From Lentisphaeria bacterium (GTDB taxonomy: Bacteria > Verrucomicrobiota > Lentisphaeria > JABSQK01 > JAWLHB01): 64,000 nt of DNA. The stretch lies in the NCBI GenBank assembly GCA_041690595.1, contig JAWLHB010000024.1, forward strand, positions 1-64,000. The letters run 5' to 3'. The position numbers and the translations under genes were made by a program. The notes beneath the pieces are model-generated. The model saw nothing but the letters and a program-made list of their open reading frames with translations. It searched no databases and was not told the DNA's origin. This document shows, one piece after another, positions 18,638 to 27,230 of this stretch (the first letter of the stretch is position 1; the number at the start of each line of letters is the position of its first letter).

Positions 18638-20225
18638 TGAAGAAGAGACGACGCCGGCCGCCATGCGCCTCGCACTCGGCAATCCACCTGATCTCATCCC
18701 GCAGGCCATGCGTGAGGATTTGCCAGTTGCGATAGACGCGGTGACAGTAGCCAACCCAGATGAGGAGGCACCAGGAGACGCTCAGCACGATGAAGAGCGT
18801 CTCGCCCGCTCCAGCTACCGCCAGGAGGCCAATTCCCGCAAGGCTGAAGAAAATAGCCGCCCCAAGGCCGGAAGCGCCCACGCCGCCGGAGTCGGGCCTC
18901 ACGTGCGAGAGCGATTCGAGCATGGTGCCGGCGCATGTGCCCACCACCACCGAAGCAACTGGCGGTATGAGCAGCAGAATCATCCATCCACCCATATCGA
19001 GGTAGAGCGCAAGCGCGCCAACGGCCGCGGCCAGCGCCACCAGCCACGGTGCCGTGGCGAGGAGAACGCCCCGCAGCTTGCCGAGGCTGATCTCGTGATC
19101 TTCCAGATCGGTCAGCAGGAGCAAGTCGATCGACTGATTGATCCATTCGCGGGAGAAGGTCTCGCTCAGGAGGCTAAGTGGATAAATGGTGCCGATGACC
19201 AGAGCGGCAAGGATGAAGAGCCCCAGTTGAAGAGGGAGTAAGCGCACATCCTCAGCCGCCACCTGAACAAAAAGAAAGCAGAGGACAATGATCAGTAGCA
19301 CCACCAGGCCAAAGCCGCCAAGGCTGCCGTACCAGCCTCGCCGGCAGACATGAAACTCGAACCACGTACATGGATTGCCGTGGATGGAGGGGCGCCTCGG
19401 AATCAGTCGCCAACGCTGCACCCGCACCTCCCCGCGCCTCTGTTGCGTCTCGCTGCTCAGTCGGCCAATGCGCCACAGAAAAATGCGCCTCGCCAACAGA
19501 AAGAAGAAGCAGGCAGCAAGCAGCCACAGCCCTCCACTCAGGAGCCCCAGCATCACAAATCGACCAAAGCCGACACTGAAGAAAAGCGCGGCATAGGGAC
19601 TGGCCATCACCAGTATCTCTGCGGCAATATGCGTCCATCGCACAAGGAACAGGCTGGGTATCAGTCCCAGGATGGTAAAAGAAAGCACCAAGGCGGCACA
19701 CAGGATCATGGCTCCTTCCGGCTGCCAGACAAGCGATGCCGCGAGCGCCGCAAGCATCTGGGTGACCACGATAACCACGGCCAGCAGCAGCAGGGCGTGA
19801 CCGAGATCAATAAGGTCGAAACGCACAAAAGAAGCGGCAAAGGCGAGCAGCGGCATTGAGATCAGGAGCAGGAAGCAGGCATGGCCGATTCCTTCCACTA
19901 ACCCCCAGAGCAGCACACCTGCCGCGCCCAGATCCGACAGGGTCAGTAAGCGGGTAGCAGGCTCCTGATGACGCTTCGTCATTCGACTGGCGTGCAGGAT
20001 GGCCGCGCCGGTAACCGCCACTGCCGCGGTAATGAACCAGGCGCGGTACATGAAGGTGCCTGTATCGATGCGCCCTCGGATAGCATCGAACAAACCGGTT
20101 GGCACCCCCAGCACAATCACCAGTTGAACGGCGCTGAGCATCTGCACCCGGCGCCAGTAGAAGCTGCGGCGGGTCGGACCGTAGAGTAATGCATGTTCGA
20201 TCATGCCGCGCAGGCTATGAAGCAT
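18579..20225 (-). CDS. Polytopic membrane protein, ABC-2 permease-like (two repeated halves)
   Basis: Many TM segments; SREWINQSIDLLLLTDL..HEISLGKL resembles the PVC ABC permease 'E....TL.LL..T.L....I..GK' motif. Confidence 0.65.
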   Translation of the reverse strand: MLHSLRGMIEHALLYGPTRRSFYWRRVQMLSAVQLVIVLGVPTGLFDAIRGRIDTGTFMYRAWFITAAVAVTGAAILHASRMTKRHQEPATRLLTLSDLGAAGVLLWGLVEGIGHACFLLLISMPLLAFAASFVRFDLIDLGHALLLLAVVIVVTQMLAALAASLVWQPEGAMILCAALVLSFTILGLIPSLFLVRWTHIAAEILVMASPYAALFFSVGFGRFVMLGLLSGGLWLLAACFFFLLARRIFLWRIGRLSSETQQRRGEVRVQRWRLIPRRPSIHGNPCTWFEFHVCRRGWYGSLGGFGLVVLLIIVLCFLFVQVAAEDVRLLPLQLGLFILAALVIGTIYPLSLLSETFSREWINQSIDLLLLTDLEDHEISLGKLRGVLLATAPWLVALAAAVGALALYLDMGGWMILLLIPPVASVVVGTCAGTMLESLSHVRPDSGGVGASGLGAAIFFSLAGIGLLAVAGAGETLFIVLSVSWCLLIWVGYCHRVYRNWQILTHGLRDEIRWIAECEAHGGRRRLFFITAAWRRLHARRARHRRPT

Positions 20226-20281
20226 GTCTCGCGTGTGGTGCATACTGTAGCATAGGCGAAGAGTGACGCAGCGCCAATCCC

Positions 20282-20866
20282 TCATCCTTCCAGATAGGAA
20301 TAGATGTCATACAATTCACGCAGAGCAAGACGCATGTTCCCCTGATGAGCCACCAGAATGCGATCGAGCTGAACATGCTCGGGCAGGCTGCGTCCATCGA
20401 GCAGCTTGCCGACGATCAAGCGAAAGAGCTCGACGCTGGTGTCGAGTTCGATGAGCGTTGGCGCCAGCCCAGGCACATGGGAGGTGATCAGCAGCCCTCC
20501 GGCCTTGCGGCAAGCCCAGCGAAAGCGATGCCAGGCGACCCTGCTCATCTGCTCCGCGCCGTCGAGGCAAACCATCACGCGGCCATCCAGTCGGCCTTTC
20601 ACTGTCGGCCACGGCGTCGCCACAAGGGATCGCTGTCCCGCGGTCAGTTGCAGATGGATGATCTCATAGCCATCCTTCTGAAGCGCAACTTCAAGATCGC
20701 CAAGGAGGGTAGACTTGCCGCGTCCCTCGCCACCCAGGATGGCACCGCGATACCGCATGGCGGCAAAATCAGCCAACAGGCGATCCCGGTTTCCGGTGCC
20801 GTGGATGTAGGTGATCCGGCTGAGGATCGCCGCCGACTTGAAGGGATTATCACGCGGGCGCATCAT
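20282..20866 (-). CDS. Small P-loop ATPase
   Basis: MMRPRDNPF start, Walker A GGEGRGKST, Walker B VCLDGAEQ, C-terminal GNMRLALRELYD. Confidence 0.8.
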   Translation of the reverse strand: MMRPRDNPFKSAAILSRITYIHGTGNRDRLLADFAAMRYRGAILGGEGRGKSTLLGDLEVALQKDGYEIIHLQLTAGQRSLVATPWPTVKGRLDGRVMVCLDGAEQMSRVAWHRFRWACRKAGGLLITSHVPGLAPTLIELDTSVELFRLIVGKLLDGRSLPEHVQLDRILVAHQGNMRLALRELYDIYSYLEG

Positions 20867-21221
20867 GGCGGAGCCTGATTTCCTGGCCGTCACGGGAGAG
20901 CCGGAACTCCGCCATGGCAACTTCGTCGGTGCCATGGGCAATGGCCTCCACCGCCCACGTCAGCGTGATCAGGCGTCCGGAGAAGGAGAGAGGCGCCGCG
21001 GGCAGGCGAAAAACGAAAGATTTCTCTCCCAGCCGAGTTGGACGCTCCACCGTCATCGACTCCACCACACCGACATCGCGGGTGCCCTTGCCGTCCGTGA
21101 ACCAGAAGAGGTTGATGTCCAGGCGCTTTGCATCCTTGTCGAGAGCCCAGCGGACGGCCCCCATTAACTGGTCACCGGGCCGAAAGATCGGTTCTCCTCG
21201 CAAGTCGATGGACATGCTCAT
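20850..21221 (-). CDS. Small beta-sandwich protein (SpoOM/arrestin-like, inferred)
   Basis: FRPGDQLMGAVRW, LFWFTDGKGTRD, FRLPAAPLSFSGRLITLTW; translationally coupled to its neighbours. Confidence 0.65.
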   Translation of the reverse strand: MSMSIDLRGEPIFRPGDQLMGAVRWALDKDAKRLDINLFWFTDGKGTRDVGVVESMTVERPTRLGEKSFVFRLPAAPLSFSGRLITLTWAVEAIAHGTDEVAMAEFRLSRDGQEIRLRHDAPA

Positions 21222-22867
21222 GGGGTGACCTCGATTTCAAATGCTTCATCGACATCCGGCCAACGGGGAATGTCGCCCTTGACCTTGATGGACCAGATGA
21301 TCTTGTTGTGCTTGGCGGCGAAGGAATGCATGGTGTCGTGAGGGATAGTCAACGGGCACTTTCCCTGCAGCATCTCACGCCAGTCAGCGATCTCCGCCAG
21401 CATCTGAGAATAAAAGACATCGGTATCGGTATGCGTATTGGTGCCCACGGTGTAGACCGCTTCTTCATGCCCTTCGAGCGTGATGGTCAGGCGCGCAATG
21501 CGGGAAACGCGCCCACGCACCCGCCACTGCAGAAGCGCCGTCCCTCCCAGCGAAACCTTTCCGGGATCAAGGCGAACCTGGGGCACGGGATTGAAGAGGC
21601 ACAAGACGGCTCGCAAAAAGAGCCCCACCAGAAAGATGCCTATCAGCACAAAGGGGATAAGGAAGATCGTCAGGAACCATTCGGGATCGCCACGACGAAA
21701 GCCGTCGATCACCTGCCACAGGAAAACCGAGACAATACCATTCCAGAAGGCCATGATGAAGAAGGTGCCCGCGACCCGCGGAAGCGGCCCCTGCTTCGGC
21801 TTCAGCACCATCGCCTGAACGTCACCCCGCTGGAACGCGGGGGGCGTGGGCGCGGTCGCCGTGCGAAAGGATTTTCCCAGAACCAGCACACCCACCAGGA
21901 CAAGCAGAAGCGGCAGGAAACTGAGCAGATAAAGCGGATGAAAACCACGATCGAGGACGGCTTCGACCGGATCGGCGGGATTGACGTAGCAGAGCGCCTC
22001 GCTGCCGGACGGATAGGCGGCGAGGATCTTCCGTTTGCCCTTGGTGCCCGAACTGCTTCCCCCCATGAAACCATAGCTGTTCGAGTGATAGGTTATATCG
22101 CCAACCTGGTACCGATAGAAGATGTCGACACTATAGGTGGTGCTGTCGTCGCCACGATGGGTCAGGAGTTGGCTGTGCAGCACCCGGCAGGGCACCTCAT
22201 GCCAGCCCGAGGCGGTGGACAGGTTGACCACCACTCCCATCCCGAGGAAATAGAAGAGGATAACGCCGATGAGGGTCAGGAACAGCCCGGCAAACAGTCC
22301 GACCCGGGGGCCGCAACCGTTCGATGCCGAGGCCGTCACGGGTTTGGTCGCGGCGGTGAGTGCCTTCGGAGGAGTGCGCCGCCAGGTTCCGATGATGCCG
22401 CCTGCACCTACCGCCACAAAGATCAGCGGCAGAAAAATGAATAAACCCATCCACAACTGACCGCGCTTCAGGTAAGCCACACCAGGCTTCTCCCCGTTGA
22501 CATAGCAGAAGCGCTCGCTGCCGGACGGGAATGCCAGCAGCAGACGCTGAATACGTCGATAGTTGTCCGTGGAAGTTGCTTCCGGCGTGATCGTATCGCT
22601 GGTGTGGGTCAAATCGTCGAAGGTATACTGATAGACGATCTGGGCCGAGTAAGGTTCATCGCTTGAAGCATCGACGCTATGGCGGCTCTCGAGGATTGTG
22701 CACGGCGTCTTCTGCCAGAACCAGGTCTCCAGATTTTCCCAGAAGGCAATGCCGATCACCACGCAGAAGACCAGCCCCATAATCAGAAAGAAACTAAAGA
22801 AGATGGAAATGCCGACGCGGCTGCAGCCACTGGCATTTTGGCTCGAATTGGAGGCGTCTATGGCCAT
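21218..22867 (-). CDS. Membrane protein with two DUF3592-like domains
   Basis: Two W....C.(I/V)L.S...Y.Y....C.VNP/G units between TM helices, plus a C-terminal soluble domain. Confidence 0.8.
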   Translation of the reverse strand: MAIDASNSSQNASGCSRVGISIFFSFFLIMGLVFCVVIGIAFWENLETWFWQKTPCTILESRHSVDASSDEPYSAQIVYQYTFDDLTHTSDTITPEATSTDNYRRIQRLLLAFPSGSERFCYVNGEKPGVAYLKRGQLWMGLFIFLPLIFVAVGAGGIIGTWRRTPPKALTAATKPVTASASNGCGPRVGLFAGLFLTLIGVILFYFLGMGVVVNLSTASGWHEVPCRVLHSQLLTHRGDDSTTYSVDIFYRYQVGDITYHSNSYGFMGGSSSGTKGKRKILAAYPSGSEALCYVNPADPVEAVLDRGFHPLYLLSFLPLLLVLVGVLVLGKSFRTATAPTPPAFQRGDVQAMVLKPKQGPLPRVAGTFFIMAFWNGIVSVFLWQVIDGFRRGDPEWFLTIFLIPFVLIGIFLVGLFLRAVLCLFNPVPQVRLDPGKVSLGGTALLQWRVRGRVSRIARLTITLEGHEEAVYTVGTNTHTDTDVFYSQMLAEIADWREMLQGKCPLTIPHDTMHSFAAKHNKIIWSIKVKGDIPRWPDVDEAFEIEVTP

Positions 22868-23847
22868 TCAGGGGAACCCGTGTCAGTCACGGGCGAGGGA
22901 CGAACGGCAACCGCCAGCTCACAGGCCCGGGAAAAGTCCTGGAAGAACGCTTCCACCAGTTCATAGTTCAGCACGGTCTTCAGGAGCTTGGGCTCGAACA
23001 TGTTGCGCTTAGTCGGCAGTGCCACATAGACGTTGTTGTCGCTGAAGGCAACGCGAATCTTCTGGTCGCACTCGCTGCCGAGAGCCAGGATTCGTTGGCG
23101 CATGGTCTCATCGAGCAGCTCGCGTCCCTCCTCCTCATCGTCGGCATGGGCCGTAAAATGGGATGAGAATGCCGGGTCATCCAGCTCAAGCAGCTGGCCG
23201 GTAGGTTTCGGCACAAACTTGTCGACCAGGCTTTTCACAAACTCTCCCAGCCTGCCTTCCGGAAGCTGCAAGGGGGACGTAGCAGGCAGGACAACCGTGG
23301 TCCCGCGAAAGGTGCGGCCGGCGTCAGCAACCAGGAAAAGGCCCCGGAAAATGATGGTGGTGCTGCTGTTCTTGCCGCCGCTTCGGTGGGCGACATAAAG
23401 CTCCGAGAACTGCAGCTCCAGATTCCCGACCTTGCCCCAAACCAGGTCTTCTCCCCGGAAGATGTTGTGGCGCTGCGTTTCGAAGAGTCGACAGCGCTCA
23501 AAAGCCTGAGCGGTGATATGCTTCCTGGGCGCATACTCCAGGCCCTCCTCCATGAAATGAACCAGCCTGCCGATAATCTCAGTCTTGAATTGCCGTTTGA
23601 AGCGACTGACCATCATCACGGAGATGCCGATGCCGATGATCAAGGCCAGAAAGCCGGCGACAATGATGAAGGGGAACAGATCCAGCGGTCTCAGTACCCA
23701 GAGATGCAGGCAGATGACGATTGTCACCAGAGCGGCGAACGTGACCAGAATCCTGACCTGCAGGCTGCGGCGCTGATGCTCGAACCGGTGCAACTCGCCA
23801 GCCAGTCCGTTGCGGTAATATTCCTTGACGTCGCGTAAAGATTTCAT
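22858..23847 (-). CDS. DUF3137-like membrane protein
   Basis: Two N-terminal TMs; GEDLVWGKVG..FSE, TIIFRGLF, F..HFTAHADD...R.LL. Confidence 0.75.
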   Translation of the reverse strand: MKSLRDVKEYYRNGLAGELHRFEHQRRSLQVRILVTFAALVTIVICLHLWVLRPLDLFPFIIVAGFLALIIGIGISVMMVSRFKRQFKTEIIGRLVHFMEEGLEYAPRKHITAQAFERCRLFETQRHNIFRGEDLVWGKVGNLELQFSELYVAHRSGGKNSSTTIIFRGLFLVADAGRTFRGTTVVLPATSPLQLPEGRLGEFVKSLVDKFVPKPTGQLLELDDPAFSSHFTAHADDEEEGRELLDETMRQRILALGSECDQKIRVAFSDNNVYVALPTKRNMFEPKLLKTVLNYELVEAFFQDFSRACELAVAVRPSPVTDTGSPEWP

Positions 23848-23870
23848 CTGGCTCCATGATCGTGAGTAGA

Positions 23871-24293
23871 TCAGCCTTCTCGGAGGCTAATAAAGGAGGA
23901 GGCGGTTTCACGACAAAGATCATCCGCCTGTGGATGATTGGCGGCTCGCCGCAGCATGATCTCCAGTTCATCCAGACGCGGCACCTCTTCGCCGCAATTT
24001 AGAAGGCGATTCAGCATCCACACGGTATGATAGGTGGGATGGCGCTGCAGGGACATGATCAACTGGTCGATGTAAGCCGGAAACTGATTCTCCAGGTAAT
24101 GCACCAGCGGTCCCGGCATTCCCAGATCCGCATCCGGATAGCGCTCGAAGAACTGGAAGATATGCACGAAGAGTGGCTTGGGGTTCTCCAGTTTTCTGGC
24201 GTCTCCGGCAAGTGTCTCCAGATAGGGGACTACCTGCTCCGGATCCTTTGGCAGGAAGTGCAACCTGCGTATCAGATCTTCCATAATCGCCAA
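23871..24293 (-). CDS. Imm30-like immunity protein (orphan)
   Basis: FFERYPDADLGMPGPLVHYLE...SLQRHPTYHTVWMLNRLLN matches my recollection of the Imm30 signature. Confidence 0.7.
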   Translation of the reverse strand: MAIMEDLIRRLHFLPKDPEQVVPYLETLAGDARKLENPKPLFVHIFQFFERYPDADLGMPGPLVHYLENQFPAYIDQLIMSLQRHPTYHTVWMLNRLLNCGEEVPRLDELEIMLRRAANHPQADDLCRETASSFISLREG

Positions 24294-24407
24294 TGCTCCC
24301 AGCTAAATTTGGTTCAGCCGCTGATGTCGTTCGTCAATGCCATTGAAATGCCCTTACATTAAGCCAGTGAACTAACCTCTTCAATGGCAACTTTCAGGAG
24401 ACTCCTC

Positions 24408-24758
24408 ATGCCCCCTACTGAACTCAAGTCAATGGAGGATCTCGAGGCTGCTCTCGCGGCATCACGCGAGCGTCCGGTGATCCTCTTCAAGCACAGCACC
24501 CGCTGTCCCATCAGCCATGCGGCCAACCGCAACTACCTGAACTTCGTCGAGAAGAACAGCGGTGTGGATGGCTTGTTCACCCATCTCGACCTGATCAGCC
24601 ACCGGGACATTTCGGAGGCGATAGCGGAACGGCTGGGAATTCGGCACGAGTCGCCGCAGGCTATCCTGGTGAAGGACGGCAAGGCGGCATGGAACGCCTC
24701 GCACCTCTCCATTACCGAAGAAAAGCTGGCGGAGGCCTTGAAGTCACTGGACTCCTGA
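24408..24758 (+). CDS. ytxJ: YtxJ/DUF2847 monothiol thioredoxin-like protein
   Basis: LFKHSTRCPIS, RDISEAIAERLGIRHESPQ, WNASH. Confidence 0.9.
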   Translation: MPPTELKSMEDLEAALAASRERPVILFKHSTRCPISHAANRNYLNFVEKNSGVDGLFTHLDLISHRDISEAIAERLGIRHESPQAILVKDGKAAWNASHLSITEEKLAEALKSLDS

Positions 24759-24855
24759 CATGGATCGCGCGCCTTCGCGACTATACCACACGTCATCATC
24801 CATCCGGAAAATAATCCTTGCCGGCAACCCGAAGCATCAAAGGGAACACGACTTC

Positions 24856-25779
24856 ATGCACACCATTATCCCCTCACGCATTCGCACCATCACATCCATC
24901 CTCACCCTTGCCGCATTCATGCTGCCACTCTGGACGCCGTCAACCACAGCCGCTGAAGAGGTGATGAAGGAGGGAGCCAAGGTCGGCGCCTGGACCATGG
25001 ACTACAGCGCGGCAAAAGATCTGGCCGCGGAAAAGAATCTTCCCCTCTTCGTCAACTTCACGGGGTCTGACTGGTGCGGCTGGTGCAAGTTGATGGATGG
25101 AAATGTCTTCGCCAAGGAGAAATGGCAGGAGTTTGCCGCGGAGAACCTTGTGCTGGTGACGATCGACTTTCCACAGGACGAGAGCATCGTGCCGGCCGCC
25201 TACAAGGAGCGCAATCAGGCACTCGCGCAGCAGTATGGCGTACAGGGTTATCCCACGTATGTCCTGCTGACCAGCGACAAGAACGAGGAGATCGGCCGTC
25301 TCAGCGCGAGTCGCGAAGCAACCCCCGAAAGCTTCATCAAGCAGGTGGAGATGATGTTGCGCCGGAATACGGACAAGGGGCTGAACACCTACACCAAACA
25401 ACTCACCGACGAGCAGGCAAGCGCCTATCGCACGGGAGTGCAGAAGCTGAACAAAGTCGAGCAGGAGTTGCAAAGCTGGATAGGCAATCAGCCCGAGAAC
25501 AACGAAGAGAACATGAAGAAGTTCCTGGGCTATCAGCAGCAGATCAGCAGCCTGCAACGTGAGCTGCGCGATATCGAGGTAGCCTATCTGGCCTCGACGC
25601 TGGATGATAAGAAGGCGAAAGAGCTGCGCGATCTCTATGCGAAGATGAAGGAGCGTTCCACCGAGCTGCAGAACTGGCTCATGACCCAGCCCGCTGAAAA
25701 CGCCGAGAACATGGAAAAGTTCCAGAAATTGTCGACGGAGGTCCAGGCTCTCGAGGAGCAGATCGCCGCATACGAGTGA
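24856..25779 (+). CDS. Exported thioredoxin-fold protein (DsbH-like) with C-terminal repeated coiled coil
   Basis: Signal peptide; FTGSDWCGWC, YGVQGYPT; two LQ.W...QP.N.EN..KF repeats. Confidence 0.88.
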   Translation: MHTIIPSRIRTITSILTLAAFMLPLWTPSTTAAEEVMKEGAKVGAWTMDYSAAKDLAAEKNLPLFVNFTGSDWCGWCKLMDGNVFAKEKWQEFAAENLVLVTIDFPQDESIVPAAYKERNQALAQQYGVQGYPTYVLLTSDKNEEIGRLSASREATPESFIKQVEMMLRRNTDKGLNTYTKQLTDEQASAYRTGVQKLNKVEQELQSWIGNQPENNEENMKKFLGYQQQISSLQRELRDIEVAYLASTLDDKKAKELRDLYAKMKERSTELQNWLMTQPAENAENMEKFQKLSTEVQALEEQIAAYE

Positions 25780-25787
25780 TACCCACC

Positions 25788-26402
25788 ATGGCAACGCTGA
25801 ATGACAAGGAATTTCTGGCCCTTCTGGACAAGCACCGAGACGAATTCTATCGCTACGTCTTGCGTAACGTTTGGAACGCCGACACCGCGGAAGATGTGCT
25901 TTCCAACGCTGTCATGACGGCATACGAGCACTTGGATAAGTTCCGTAAGGGAACCAATTTCCGTGCCTGGATGTACCGGATTCTGACGAACAAGTGCTAC
26001 GTGGCCAACCGTGAAACGAAGCGGTCGGCCATCGACATCGAATCCATCGACGAGTCACGTTTCGCCACGGACCAGGAGACGCTGCAGCAGGCCTATCGCG
26101 ATCCGGAAGCGTTTCTCAAGGCGTGCGGCGATGAGCTGTTCGAAGCGATGCGCCAACTCAGCACCAACGAGCGCTCATGCCTGCTCCTGCTGACCATGGA
26201 GCGCTATTCGTACACCGAGATTGCCTCCATCATGGAGATGCCCGTGGGAACCGTCATGACGCACCTGGCTCGCGGCCGCGACAAATTGCGGCGCCTGCTG
26301 GTCGATTACGCGCGCCGCCATGGCATCACCAAAGCCAAGACTTACGCACGCAAATACGCCGCGGAAGAGGATTCGGACGCAGAACAGCGGAGGATATCCT
26401 GA
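25788..26402 (+). CDS. ECF sigma-70 factor
   Basis: AEDVLSNA..AY...FRKGTNFRAWMYRILTN (region 2); YSYTEIASIMEMPVGTVMTHLARGR (region 4). Confidence 0.93.
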   Translation: MATLNDKEFLALLDKHRDEFYRYVLRNVWNADTAEDVLSNAVMTAYEHLDKFRKGTNFRAWMYRILTNKCYVANRETKRSAIDIESIDESRFATDQETLQQAYRDPEAFLKACGDELFEAMRQLSTNERSCLLLLTMERYSYTEIASIMEMPVGTVMTHLARGRDKLRRLLVDYARRHGITKAKTYARKYAAEEDSDAEQRRIS

Positions 26403-27148
26403 TGGAAACCAAAGAAAGACGGTTGACCCGACAGGCTTACCTGGACAATCAGCTTCCAGTGGAGGATGTCATCGCGTTCGAAGAATCCCTGAAAGGAGAA
26501 GAGCGCCTCCAGGTCGAGCGGGAACGCGCTTTCGAAGAGGCGCTCAGCCAGCGTCTGCGAGAGGAGGCGCCCTGCCCTGTTGCGGTCTGGGAGCATCTTC
26601 AGGAGCGGATGAATGGAAAGAGAGGGCGACAGCCTTGGGCAGTGCCTTTCGCGAACGGTTGGAAAGGACTGGCGATCGCGGCAGGGATCGCTCTGCTCGC
26701 CGCCGGCTTCTTTGTCTGGAATCCGTTGGGCAGTGTCGATTCCACCGAACAACTCAAATCCGGTGCCCTGCCGGTGAGCGTGGGGCAATGCGGGGGACTG
26801 GCGGAGATTCCCGGCGACTACGTAAAGGTCGTCAGCGCCCTCACCGCCAATCGCATCTTCCTCAACATGAAACCATGCGACGAGATTTCTGAAGGGCATC
26901 CGATCAAACTGCTCGGCATGCGCATGTTGAACCAGGGGGATAAGGCCGTCGCCCAGGTCTTCTTCGAGTGCTGCGGTCAACCGATATCCGTCTTCATCAC
27001 GCCGTTGAGCAATCCATGGGCGGCAAGCGAGCTGCCCATGAAAGACGTCAAGGGTGACTGGTTCGTACGGCAACGGGAACTCGATCAGTACCGCATCATC
27101 GGCGTCGGCACTCATGATCCCAGTGAAGTGCTGGCGCTTTTCTCCTGA
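26402..27148 (+). CDS. Anti-sigma factor (single TM)
   Basis: TGATG overlap with the sigma gene; AYLDNQL...AFE anti-sigma-like N-terminus, one TM and a Cys-containing periplasmic domain. Confidence 0.8.
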   Translation: METKERRLTRQAYLDNQLPVEDVIAFEESLKGEERLQVERERAFEEALSQRLREEAPCPVAVWEHLQERMNGKRGRQPWAVPFANGWKGLAIAAGIALLAAGFFVWNPLGSVDSTEQLKSGALPVSVGQCGGLAEIPGDYVKVVSALTANRIFLNMKPCDEISEGHPIKLLGMRMLNQGDKAVAQVFFECCGQPISVFITPLSNPWAASELPMKDVKGDWFVRQRELDQYRIIGVGTHDPSEVLALFS

Positions 27149-27230
27149 TGGTTGCGATTCAGGCTCAAGTCATGGTATCTGTATACGCTTTCGCCTGCAG
27201 CCCTTTTCATGCCCAGCAAAGTAGATATAC

